A stretch of 49,185 nucleotides of DNA, taken from assembly GCA_964391975.1 (NCBI GenBank), contig CAYMNZ010000001.1, forward strand, positions 81,280 through 130,464, in the 5' to 3' direction. Both the position numbers and the translations under genes were made by a program. Under the pieces are notes generated by a model. It searched no databases. It was not told the DNA's origin and saw nothing but the letters and a program-made list of their open reading frames with translations. Shown here piece by piece: positions 1-10,980 of this stretch; position 1 is the first letter of the stretch; every line of letters starts with the position of its first letter. This DNA comes from an uncultured Candidatus Saccharibacteria bacterium. Its GTDB lineage: Bacteria; Patescibacteriota; Minisyncoccia; Phycocordibacterales; Phycocordibacteraceae.

Positions 1-50
1 TGCATTTGACCAGAAGACCTTCGAGCGATACCTCTAGTGGTTAGCTGTAT

Positions 51-422
51 ATGCAGGATATAGAAGTCCGGGAATCTCCTATAGAAGGGAAGGGAGTTTT
101 TGCACTGCGTGATTTTAAGAAAGGAGAGCGTGTCGTTGAGTGGGGTGAACGGAAAGTGCTTTCAGACTCAGAACTAGCCGGCCTGTCAGAAGCTGAAAGA
201 TCTCGTTACGTAAGCTTTAAAGACGGTAAGCACCTTCTTTCCAATGAGCCCGCGAGGTATGTGAATCATTCTTGTGATTCCAACACCAACCCAAAAGATA
301 ATGGGGATGTAGCCATTCGAGATATTAAAGCCGGAGAGGAGATAACCTCTACATATAGGGATGAGGGCGTATCTTGCAACTGTGGGTCGCTACACTGTAA
401 GGGCACTCTTGAAGGGTTCTAA
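51..422 (+). CDS. SET domain protein (putative lysine methyltransferase)
   Basis: GKGVFA N-terminal motif, RYVNHSCDSN, GEEITSTY, and post-SET CNCGSLHC. Confidence 0.9.
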   Translation: MQDIEVRESPIEGKGVFALRDFKKGERVVEWGERKVLSDSELAGLSEAERSRYVSFKDGKHLLSNEPARYVNHSCDSNTNPKDNGDVAIRDIKAGEEITSTYRDEGVSCNCGSLHCKGTLEGF

Positions 423-440
423 CATCGTTCCAAGCTACCT
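416..440 (+). repeat. att-like motif, copy 1 (GTTCTAACATCGTTCCAAG...)
   Basis: Resembles the copies at 15614, 30315 and 32061; overlaps the SET stop codon; minus strand reads VAWNDVRT. Confidence 0.45.
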
Positions 441-493
441 TTCCTTGCTAAAAAGCGTATATAACGTACAACAAGGTTTACTCATCGCTTAGC

Positions 494-1186
494 ATGGAAA
501 CCGAACCTCAAGACAATATCGTAGTCCGTAGCAGGTACCTCATCTACATAGCGGTCGCCTTCGTCGCGGTGCTGATGATTTCCAACACTACGGCCGGAAA
601 GCTGATTGAAGTAGGTCCGCTCGCGGTTTCCGCCGCACTCATCATATTCCCGCTGAGCTATATCCTCGGTGACGTTCTCACCGAAGTCTACGGCTACCGC
701 GCGGCACGCAAGGTGGTATGGTCGGGTTTTGCTGCGCTCGCGCTAATGTCACTGGCGTACTGGATTATCCAAATATTGCCAGGAGCCGCGTTCTGGGAGA
801 ATCAGGGAGCGTATGACGTTATTCTCGGTGCGGTCCCACGCATCACGCTTGCTTCCATGATTGCGTACTTCTGCGGCGAGTTCGTGAACTCCTATGTCCT
901 GTCGAGGATGAAGGTATGGATGAACGGAAAACAACTCTGGATGCGCACCATCGCGTCGACCATCGCCGGAGAAGGCATAGACACTGTACTTTTCATGTTC
1001 GTGGCCTTCGCGGGCCTGCTTCCTCTCTCAGCAATTCTTATTCTGATTGTGTCGGAGTACGTCATCAAGGTAGCGTACGAGGTTGCGGCGACTCCTCTTA
1101 CGTACAAGGTCATCGCATGGCTCAAGCGCAAAGAGGGAATTGATGTGTACGACCGAGGAATCGACTACAACCCGTTTGCGCCCTAA
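494..1186 (+). CDS. yhhQ: Queuosine precursor transporter (YhhQ/VUT family)
   Basis: Multi-TM protein with IFPLSYILGDVLTEVYGY, RITLASMIAY and RTIASTIAGEGIDT motifs and a C-terminal YNPF. Confidence 0.9.
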   Translation: METEPQDNIVVRSRYLIYIAVAFVAVLMISNTTAGKLIEVGPLAVSAALIIFPLSYILGDVLTEVYGYRAARKVVWSGFAALALMSLAYWIIQILPGAAFWENQGAYDVILGAVPRITLASMIAYFCGEFVNSYVLSRMKVWMNGKQLWMRTIASTIAGEGIDTVLFMFVAFAGLLPLSAILILIVSEYVIKVAYEVAATPLTYKVIAWLKRKEGIDVYDRGIDYNPFAP

Positions 1187-1252
1187 CGCTACGGGTCACG
1201 CTCATAGGAAAAGCGTGGCGCATACACGCGAGATAGCGTAGGGTAGTGATAA

Positions 1253-2746
1253 ATGGCTGCTAAGAAGTCCAACAATACGGAGGCTGCACCTCCCCGCGAA
1301 GCGCTGTTGCGTTTTGAGGGCGTGTCCTTCGAATACGGGCACAATCACCCCATTCTCGATGAGGTGGATTTCTCGTTGCGTCGCGGTATGAAGGTGACGC
1401 TCATGGGCCAGAACGGTGCAGGCAAGTCGACGCTGTTCCACCTTATTACTGGGGATCTCCAGCCTGAACACGGCAAAGTACAGATAGTGCATGGGGTATC
1501 GATTGCGCTTGCCCGCCAGGTTATTCCTCCGGCGCTGCGTGAGGTTACTGTCCGCGAGTTCTTCGAAGCGAGTTTCCCAAAGCAGAAGGTCTACGATATC
1601 GACCCCAAGATTGATGCAGTACTCGAGGTGGTGAACCTCAGGGCTCCTAAGGACCGTATCGTGAAGTCCTTCTCTGGCGGCCAGCAAGCACGGCTTCTTT
1701 TAGCGAGCGCCCTTATTCAGGACCCGGACCTGCTTTTGCTCGATGAGCCAACCAACAATCTTGATACCGCAGGTATTGAGCACCTCACTGATTTCTTGAA
1801 GAACTACGAGAAGAGCTGTCTTGTTATCTCGCATGATGCGGAGTTCCTTAACTCCTTCACGCACGGCGTTCTATATCTTGATGTGCACACCAGGAAAGTA
1901 GAGCAGTACACCGGTAACTACTTCGACCTCCTTGAAGAGATTTCTGCTCGTATTGAGCGAGAGAACCGCAAGAACGCGCAGCTCGCTAAGAAGATTCAGG
2001 ACAACAAAGACAAGGCGAACTTCTTCGCGCAGAAGGGAGGCAAGATGCGCCTTGTCGCTAAGAAGATGCGCACCGAGATTGAAGAAATGGAGGAAGACAA
2101 GGTGGATGTACGTAAGGAAGACAAGACCATTCGTCCGTTTCTTATTCCTGCGCAGCCGGAACACATGGGAGCGCTTCTCACCATCACGTCCTACAGCACG
2201 ATGGATCCGAAGACGCATAAACCTAAAGAACATAAAAAAGAGTTGGTGCTTAAGAAAAACCACCACCTCCTGCTCTCTGGTCCTAACGGCATCGGAAAGA
2301 CCAGTCTTTTGGAATCGCTTGCACATGGGACTGCCAAGGGAGCCAAGATTCACGATGGTGTACGCGTGGGCTACTACCGCCAAGACTTCTCCACACTCAA
2401 CTTTGAGCACACGGTGCGGGAATCCCTACTCTCTGCGATGGAGAAGCAGGACGAAGAGAAGATGCGCGCTACCGCAGCAGGCTTCCTTATCAGTGCTGAT
2501 GTTATCGGCAAGAAGATTGGCGTCCTGTCAGAAGGGCAGAAGGGTCTTGTTGCCTTCGCTCGCCTCGTACTTGAGCGCCCAGGCCTCCTTATCCTTGATG
2601 AGCCCACCAACCACATCAACTTCCGTCACCTGCCAGTGATTGCTGCCGCGCTTTCTTCCTACGAAGGGGCAATGATACTGGTCTCTCACGTGCCGGAGTT
2701 CGTCTCCCAGATACGCATTGATGAAGTGCTCGACCTTGGGAAGTAG
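1253..2746 (+). CDS. ABC-F family ribosome-associated ATPase
   Basis: Two NBDs (GQNGAGKST / GPNGIGKT, FSGGQ / LSEGQ, LLLDEPTN twice), charged linker, no TM segments. Confidence 0.9.
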   Translation: MAAKKSNNTEAAPPREALLRFEGVSFEYGHNHPILDEVDFSLRRGMKVTLMGQNGAGKSTLFHLITGDLQPEHGKVQIVHGVSIALARQVIPPALREVTVREFFEASFPKQKVYDIDPKIDAVLEVVNLRAPKDRIVKSFSGGQQARLLLASALIQDPDLLLLDEPTNNLDTAGIEHLTDFLKNYEKSCLVISHDAEFLNSFTHGVLYLDVHTRKVEQYTGNYFDLLEEISARIERENRKNAQLAKKIQDNKDKANFFAQKGGKMRLVAKKMRTEIEEMEEDKVDVRKEDKTIRPFLIPAQPEHMGALLTITSYSTMDPKTHKPKEHKKELVLKKNHHLLLSGPNGIGKTSLLESLAHGTAKGAKIHDGVRVGYYRQDFSTLNFEHTVRESLLSAMEKQDEEKMRATAAGFLISADVIGKKIGVLSEGQKGLVAFARLVLERPGLLILDEPTNHINFRHLPVIAAALSSYEGAMILVSHVPEFVSQIRIDEVLDLGK

Positions 2747-2802
2747 CAGCAATCCCCTAGGGGCTTCCGTAGAGCCTCTCCGGCATGCGATAATCTACCT
2801 AT

Positions 2803-4008
2803 ATGTTGTTTAACTACCGCGCCCTCGACGCTGAGGGACACGAGCGTGAAGGCTCAATTGAGGCGCTCTCGATGGATGTGGCTGTGTCGACGCTTCAGCG
2901 CCGCTCACTCATCGTCTCTTCCATAGAGCCTGCAGACAAGAAAGGCCTCTTCTCCATGGACCTCGCGCTCTTCAAGGGCGTGTCGCACAAGGATGTGGTC
3001 ATCCTCTCGCGCCAGGTTGCCACACTCTTTGAGGCTCAGGTTTCAGCACTCCGTATCTTCCGCCTGCTTGCTTCCGAAGTAGACAACAAGTACCTCGCTG
3101 ATGTGCTAACTGAAGTTGCTGATGATATCCAGGGCGGAAGCCCGATTTCTAAAGCGATGGCCAAGCATGAGAAGGTTTTCAGCACCTTCTACGTGAACAT
3201 GGTGCGTTCGGGAGAGGAGTCCGGAAAACTCTCGCAGACCTTCATGTATCTTGCCGACTACCTTGATCGTACCTACGAGGTGATGAGTAAGGCGCAGAAC
3301 GCACTTATCTACCCAGCCTTCGTGGTGGTGACCTTCGTCGCGGTGATGGGACTCATGTTGACCATGGTTATTCCGCGCATTTCTCAGATTCTTCTTGAAT
3401 CAGGACAGGAAATTCCACTCTATACAAAGATAGTCATCGCTCTTTCCGAGTTCTTGGTCAACTACGGTGCCTTCTTCCTGGTCGCACTCGCTATCGGAGG
3501 GTTCTTTGCCTACCGTTCCATGCAGACGGCAGAAGGTCGCCTTATCTTTGATGCAGCAAAGCTTCAGATGCCGTACCTCGGAGACCTTTACGAGAAGCTC
3601 TATCTCTCGCGTATTGCCGACAACTTCTCGACCATGCTCGTTTCGGGTGTGCCAGTTGTTGAAGCGGTGGAGATTACGTCGACAGTGGTCGAAAACGCTG
3701 TGTACGAGGGCATCCTCAAGGACGTTGCCGAGGACGTGAAAGGGGGCGCCTCCATCTCTGACGCGCTTGGGAAGCATGACGAGATACCAGGCATCATGAT
3801 TGCCATGATTAAAGTGGGTGAGGAGACAGGAGAACTGGGTACCATTCTCGGCACACTTGCTAAATTCTACCGACGTGAGGTTTCTAACGCCGTGGATACC
3901 CTTGTCGACCTCATTGAGCCGCTCATGATTGTGTTTCTTGGTCTTGGTGTGGGAACCTTGCTTGCTGCGGTGCTCATCCCGATTTACAACCTCGCAGGCG
4001 GTATCTAG
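2803..4008 (+). CDS. pilC: Type IV pilus platform protein PilC (T2SS F family)
   Basis: Two T2SSF domains (GEESGKL, GEETGELG), YPAFV and LIEP motifs; next to pilins. Confidence 0.92.
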   Translation: MLFNYRALDAEGHEREGSIEALSMDVAVSTLQRRSLIVSSIEPADKKGLFSMDLALFKGVSHKDVVILSRQVATLFEAQVSALRIFRLLASEVDNKYLADVLTEVADDIQGGSPISKAMAKHEKVFSTFYVNMVRSGEESGKLSQTFMYLADYLDRTYEVMSKAQNALIYPAFVVVTFVAVMGLMLTMVIPRISQILLESGQEIPLYTKIVIALSEFLVNYGAFFLVALAIGGFFAYRSMQTAEGRLIFDAAKLQMPYLGDLYEKLYLSRIADNFSTMLVSGVPVVEAVEITSTVVENAVYEGILKDVAEDVKGGASISDALGKHDEIPGIMIAMIKVGEETGELGTILGTLAKFYRREVSNAVDTLVDLIEPLMIVFLGLGVGTLLAAVLIPIYNLAGGI

Positions 4009-4012
4009 TCCG

Positions 4013-4021
4013 TTATCCACA
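4013..4021 (+). promoter_or_regulatory. Consensus DnaA box TTATCCACA upstream of the major pilin
   Basis: Exact 9-mer match in the pilC-pilin intergenic region; function not shown. Confidence 0.4.
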
Positions 4022-4107
4022 GAGAGGCACACAGTGTGCCACTACTCGCGTAGAATAAGGGGAAGCGGACATTTACTATACGCCGCGTAACCCACACCAT
4101 CGTTATT

Positions 4108-4596
4108 ATGAAATTCGCATTCTCTAAGACCCGCCAGGGCCACATGAAGGGTTTCACCCTCATTGAGCTTCTCGTGGTGATCGCTATTATCGGCATTCTC
4201 TCATCCGTCGTGCTTGCTTCCCTCAACACCGCAAGGAACAAGGGAGCTGACACGGCAGTGAAGTCGAACCTCGCTGGTGCACGCGCACAGGCAGAGCTCT
4301 TCTACGATGCTAACGGCAACAGCTACGCTAACCTCTGTGGTACGACGGCAGTTGCTGGTGTGAAGACCATCAACTCTGCGGTCCTCGCAGCAGTCCAGGC
4401 TACGGGCGGCACCTCGATTGGTACCGGTCCTTCGACCGCAACCGCAGGTACCTGCAACGCATCGGCGACGGCATGGGGAGCGGAGGCAGCCCTTAAGAAC
4501 GGCACTGCTGGAGGCTACTACTGTGTCGACAGCACTGGTGCAGCAGCTACCTCGAGCAGCAGCATGCTCTCAGGTTCAACTGACTACGCTTGCTAA
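4108..4596 (+). CDS. Type IV pilin (probably the major pilin)
   Basis: KG|FTLIELLVVIAIIGIL N-methylation motif, C-terminal Cys pair, own terminator; start may be the internal Met near 4144. Confidence 0.9.
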   Translation: MKFAFSKTRQGHMKGFTLIELLVVIAIIGILSSVVLASLNTARNKGADTAVKSNLAGARAQAELFYDANGNSYANLCGTTAVAGVKTINSAVLAAVQATGGTSIGTGPSTATAGTCNASATAWGAEAALKNGTAGGYYCVDSTGAAATSSSSMLSGSTDYAC

Positions 4597-4616
4597 GCAA
4601 CGCTTTCGTTTGAGTG

Positions 4617-4646
4617 GAAAAGAGCCCGCAAGGGCTCTTTTCTTTT
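4617..4646 (+). terminator. Intrinsic terminator after the pilin
   Basis: GAAAAGAGCCC-GCAA-GGGCTCTTTTC followed by TTTT. Confidence 0.85.
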
Positions 4647-4695
4647 ATACCCATCATTGGCTTTTATAAAAAAGGGAGGCGGTATACTTAAGCAC

Positions 4696-5178
4696 ATGCA
4701 ACGACAGGCACTCCGCGGGTTCTCGCTCATTGAGCTCCTCACCGTCATCGCAATCATTGGCATACTCGCCACTGTCATCGTGGTGTCGCTGAGCGCTGCT
4801 CGTAATAAAGGTATTGATGCCGCGACGAAAGAAAATCTCAATACCGTTCGCAATCAGGCGGAGTTACGTCACTCAAACCTTGGAAGTTACGGTGTAGCAG
4901 TCGCAGTGCAGGGAACGGCGATTACTGCAGCACCTGCCTACAACGCCGTGGGCTCGAACTTCTTCATCTCCGATCAGCAAGCTAATCGCGCGCTTGCTGC
5001 CGCGCTCGCAGATGGTGACTCCGGGTACTACGCTATCGGTGTGAACGGTCAGAGCTGGGCGGTCGCGATTGCAACAAAATCGGTAACCGGATACTGGTGC
5101 GTCGACTCGCAAGGAACAGGGAAGGTGATTACGTCGACGGCGCTTGGTGGCGGTACCGCCGCTGCAGTCTGCCCGTAA
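4696..5178 (+). CDS. Type IV pilin paralog
   Basis: RG|FSLIELLTVIAIIG; shares the YWCVDS-type C-terminal motif with the 4108 pilin; ATG 4696 lies 7 nt after TATACT. Confidence 0.88.
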   Translation: MQRQALRGFSLIELLTVIAIIGILATVIVVSLSAARNKGIDAATKENLNTVRNQAELRHSNLGSYGVAVAVQGTAITAAPAYNAVGSNFFISDQQANRALAAALADGDSGYYAIGVNGQSWAVAIATKSVTGYWCVDSQGTGKVITSTALGGGTAAAVCP

Positions 5179-5930
5179 TGTTCGCGTTCTTTTTTACCGT
5201 GCTCGGTGCGGTTATCGGAAGCTTCGCTGGTGTTGTCAGTGAGCGTCTTCACACCGGAGAATCGTGGATGCGTGATCGTTCTCGTTGCAATTCCTGTGCA
5301 CGTGAGCTTGGCGTGGCCGATTTGGTACCGGTTCTGTCATGGCTGGTCTCGTTTGGCCGTTGTCGCTCCTGTGGTTCAAACATCACTGCGCTGTATGTGG
5401 TGGTGGAAGCAGCGCTCGCAGTCGTGTTTTACCTCGCATATTCGATGCTTGGTCTTGGCCTCCCGCTCTTTCTCTTCCTTGCAGCAGTCAGTACGCTTAC
5501 CGTTATTGTCCTCTATGACCTTAGGCACACGGTCGTGCCGCCGGGGCCCTCCATATTGTTCGGGCTTCTCTCTCTGGGGTACGCGCTCTCAGTGATGCAG
5601 AGCCTTCCGTCGTTTGGGCTTGCGCTTGCTTGCGCGGGTGTGGTGGGTCTCTGTTTCTTCATGGCGTACTTCATATCCAGCGGACGGGTTATGGGTCTCG
5701 GCGACGCACCCATTGCGTTCTCCCTCTCTCTGCTTGCAGCAGGGCACGTCATTCCCGGCATCCTCTTCTCCTTCTGGATTGGTGGCATCGTTGGGATAGC
5801 GATATTGGTTACGCGTCCGAAAGGGCATAGAATGGGTATAGAGGTCCCGTTCGTGCCGTTTCTGGCAGCTGGATTTCTCCTCGCTTTCTTTACCTCATGG
5901 AACCCGCTCGCACTCGTCACAAGCTACTGA
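5178..5930 (+). CDS. pilD: Prepilin peptidase (A24 family)
   Basis: GSF, RSRCNSC and GRCRSC Zn motifs, YDLRH, MGLGD, VPFVPFL; ATG overlaps the upstream TAA. Confidence 0.9.
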   Translation: MFAFFFTVLGAVIGSFAGVVSERLHTGESWMRDRSRCNSCARELGVADLVPVLSWLVSFGRCRSCGSNITALYVVVEAALAVVFYLAYSMLGLGLPLFLFLAAVSTLTVIVLYDLRHTVVPPGPSILFGLLSLGYALSVMQSLPSFGLALACAGVVGLCFFMAYFISSGRVMGLGDAPIAFSLSLLAAGHVIPGILFSFWIGGIVGIAILVTRPKGHRMGIEVPFVPFLAAGFLLAFFTSWNPLALVTSY

Positions 5931-6601
5931 CGCCCCCACCACAGCGCGGGTTCACCCTGGTCGAGATGCTCGTGGTGCTGGCTATCATCGTGATTATCAC
6001 GGGCATCGCGCTCGTGGGCCAATCGACCTTCAACCGTTCTCTCATACTCACTGACACCGCCTACACGGTGGCACTCTCTATTCGAGAGTCGCAGTCGCTC
6101 GGTCTTTCGAGTCGCAAGGTGCAGTCGACACTCATTCAAAACGCAGGCTATGGTGTGTACTTCACGCCGGGCCAGAGCTACGTGCAATACGCCGACATCT
6201 ATCCCACAAAGCCAGGAGACGGTCTACTTGGGAAGTGCGCTGGCCACACCAATCTCACTGGACCTGAGTCGAGACCAGGCAACTGTAAGTACGACTCAGG
6301 ACAGGACACCATCATAAAGACATACCGCTTTGACCGAGGGTTCACGGTCTCGCGTTTCTGCGGCGAGAGCGAAGGGGGCGTCGACTATTGCTCCTCAGGC
6401 GGAGACGGAGTTATCACCGGCCTTTCTATCGTATTCCTGCGCCCGAACACCGAGAGCTCAATCATTGGTATTCGATCTGGTGGTGAGGTTGAGCTCATCG
6501 ACGCTGAGATTTTCATCCAGTCTGCTGACGGACAGGCTTCGCGCGCGGTGTGTGTCTCCAAAGTTGGCCAGGTCGCCGTCGCTTCGTCTACATGCCCATG
6601 A
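5897..6601 (+). CDS. Minor pilin / pseudopilin (FimT/GspH-like)
   Basis: RG|FTLVEMLVVLAII motif. Confidence 0.82.
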   Translation: MEPARTRHKLLTPPPQRGFTLVEMLVVLAIIVIITGIALVGQSTFNRSLILTDTAYTVALSIRESQSLGLSSRKVQSTLIQNAGYGVYFTPGQSYVQYADIYPTKPGDGLLGKCAGHTNLTGPESRPGNCKYDSGQDTIIKTYRFDRGFTVSRFCGESEGGVDYCSSGGDGVITGLSIVFLRPNTESSIIGIRSGGEVELIDAEIFIQSADGQASRAVCVSKVGQVAVASSTCP

Positions 6602-7185
6602 TGACGCCAAAGACCATGCGCGGGTATACCCTCCTCGAAATGATTGTTGCAGTCGGCATCTTCAGTGTGGTGATGTTGATTGTGACGGGTGCGTACCTTT
6701 CTCTCATTGGGCTTGATCGAGAACTCCGAGCAAGTACCTCGCTGGTGACGAACCTTTCGTTCGCGCTTGATAGTATGTCGCGCGGTATCCGCACCGGAAA
6801 TTCCTACGGCTGCGGTTCGACCGGCGGGGATCCGCTTAATCCTTCAGCGGGGACTAACGCTGTGTGTACCTCCTTCTCCTATTATGATGTGTCGCTTGCC
6901 GACAAGGTGACCTACAAGCGTAAAAACGACGGCACCATCGGGCGCTGCACGGGCACAGCAGTGTGTACCGATGCGTCAGCGATATCACTCACTGACCCGA
7001 GCATCACTATTGCCAATCCTAGTGGTCTCACGTTCTACGTTCGAGGCATCGGTACCACGGGCGCGGGAGCGAACGTGCAACCGCAGGTCACTTTTACGCT
7101 TCGCGGTACTATAAAGGGAGATAAGAGCCATACGCTGGACTTCTCAATTCAGACCAGCGCCACCCAGCGCCTTATAGAGATATGA
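6598..7185 (+). CDS. Minor pilin (PilW/GspJ-like)
   Basis: RG|YTLLEMIVAVGIF; ATGA overlap with the previous stop. Confidence 0.82.
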   Translation: MMTPKTMRGYTLLEMIVAVGIFSVVMLIVTGAYLSLIGLDRELRASTSLVTNLSFALDSMSRGIRTGNSYGCGSTGGDPLNPSAGTNAVCTSFSYYDVSLADKVTYKRKNDGTIGRCTGTAVCTDASAISLTDPSITIANPSGLTFYVRGIGTTGAGANVQPQVTFTLRGTIKGDKSHTLDFSIQTSATQRLIEI

Positions 7186-7663
7186 CCATGAAAGGATTCA
7201 CCCTCATCGAGACCCTGGTTGCCGTGACGGTGCTTACGCTTGCGGTGGCAGGTCCTTTTAATGCACTGCGCGGAGCACTCGTGAACTCCTATATCGCTCG
7301 CGATCAGCTAGTGGCCACCTCGCTTGCCCAAGAAGGCATTGAGTATATCCGTAGTGTCCGGGATGCTAATTACCTTGCAGGCTCTTCCTGGCTTACTGGG
7401 CTAGGCTCCTGCCAGCCAGGCCCTTGTGTGGTTGATACCGCTTTTGGGACCATAAGTGGCACAGTCGCTCCGCTTCGCCTTAGTACGGGCGGTCTCTATA
7501 GTTACGTGACGTCCACGGGGGATAAGGTGAGCATCTACACACGGACGGTGTCCATCAGCACGCTTGCAGGAGGAACTGAAGCGAAGGTGACGTCGAGCGT
7601 TTCTTGGATAACGCGCGGTGTGACCTACACGACGACGTTAACTGAGAATATCCACGATTGGCT

Positions 7664-7667
<4 letters not shown>
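7182..7667 (+). CDS. Minor pilin (PilV/GspI-like)
   Basis: KG|FTLIETLVAV and LAQEGIEYIRSVRD; ATGA overlap. Confidence 0.82.
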
Positions 7668-10152
<2,485 letters not shown>

Positions 10153-10164
10153 TTTAATGGACGT

Positions 10165-10665
10165 ATGCATATCGTCTTCATACAGACAGGAGGAACCATC
10201 GACAAGGACTACCCGAGAGGAGAGACAGACCATGGCTATGAGTTTCAGATTGCGGCCCCAGCGTTCCAGTCGGTGCTTCCGTATTCGCATGTCATGTTTG
10301 ACTACAGTGTTGTCGAGGCCCTGAAGAAAGATAGCCTCGACATAACCGATGAGGACCGACAAATGATATTCAACACGGTTCAGTCTCAGAATGCTGACCG
10401 GATTGTCATCACTCACGGGACCGATACCATGGCGAAGACTGCCGAGGTGCTGAGCGCCATTGCCGGTAAGACCATTGTGCTTACGGGGGCCATGCTTCCT
10501 GAGAAATTCGTTACCTCTGACGCGCGCTTCAACATAGGGATGGCGACTGCCGCTGTCCAATCGCTCCCTCCGGGCGTCTATATAGCGCTCTATGGTCGCG
10601 TCGTTCCTTGGAAGGAGTTCCCAGCACTCCATCAGGAGTACGAAAAGCAGTCGTTATCGAAGTAA
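10165..10665 (+). CDS. Short asparaginase (N-terminal domain only)
   Basis: TGGTIDK and ITHGTDTM signatures, VLTGAM. Confidence 0.85.
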   Translation: MHIVFIQTGGTIDKDYPRGETDHGYEFQIAAPAFQSVLPYSHVMFDYSVVEALKKDSLDITDEDRQMIFNTVQSQNADRIVITHGTDTMAKTAEVLSAIAGKTIVLTGAMLPEKFVTSDARFNIGMATAAVQSLPPGVYIALYGRVVPWKEFPALHQEYEKQSLSK

Positions 10666-10689
10666 GCCTCACGTGCTACAGTAGCTCCC

Positions 10690-10980
10690 ATGACGTCTGC
10701 AGACGATGTACGGAAGCTGGCAGCGCTTGCGCGCATCACCCTTACCGACGAGGAGGTCGAGCGTTTCTCGAAGGAATTCGACAGTATTCTCGAGTATGCG
10801 GGACAGGTAGAGGCACTCAAGATACCCAAGGGAATGGAGTTCGAGCCTGCACTGCGTAACGTGTTGCGCGAGGACGGCGAACCTGACGAGAAGGCGAAGC
10901 ACACGAAGAAAATCGTGGAGCAGTTCCCGGACAAGGATGGCAACTCGCTCAAGGTAGCGAAGATTATCTCCTATGACTAA
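10690..10980 (+). CDS. gatC: Asp/Glu-tRNA amidotransferase subunit C
   Basis: VRKLAALARI and NVLRED motifs; overlaps gatA. Confidence 0.9.
   Translation: MTSADDVRKLAALARITLTDEEVERFSKEFDSILEYAGQVEALKIPKGMEFEPALRNVLREDGEPDEKAKHTKKIVEQFPDKDGNSLKVAKIISYD

Noticed and set aside
411-460. preQ1-I riboswitch upstream of yhhQ (GAAGGG...CCTTTC then AAAAA)
   Set aside because: The loop would be about 21 nt, the A-rich tail consensus is poor, and it overlaps the SET coding end; the att-like motif explains it better.
1253-2746. Antibiotic-resistance ABC-F
   Set aside because: The subfamily cannot be assigned by eye and the context is housekeeping.
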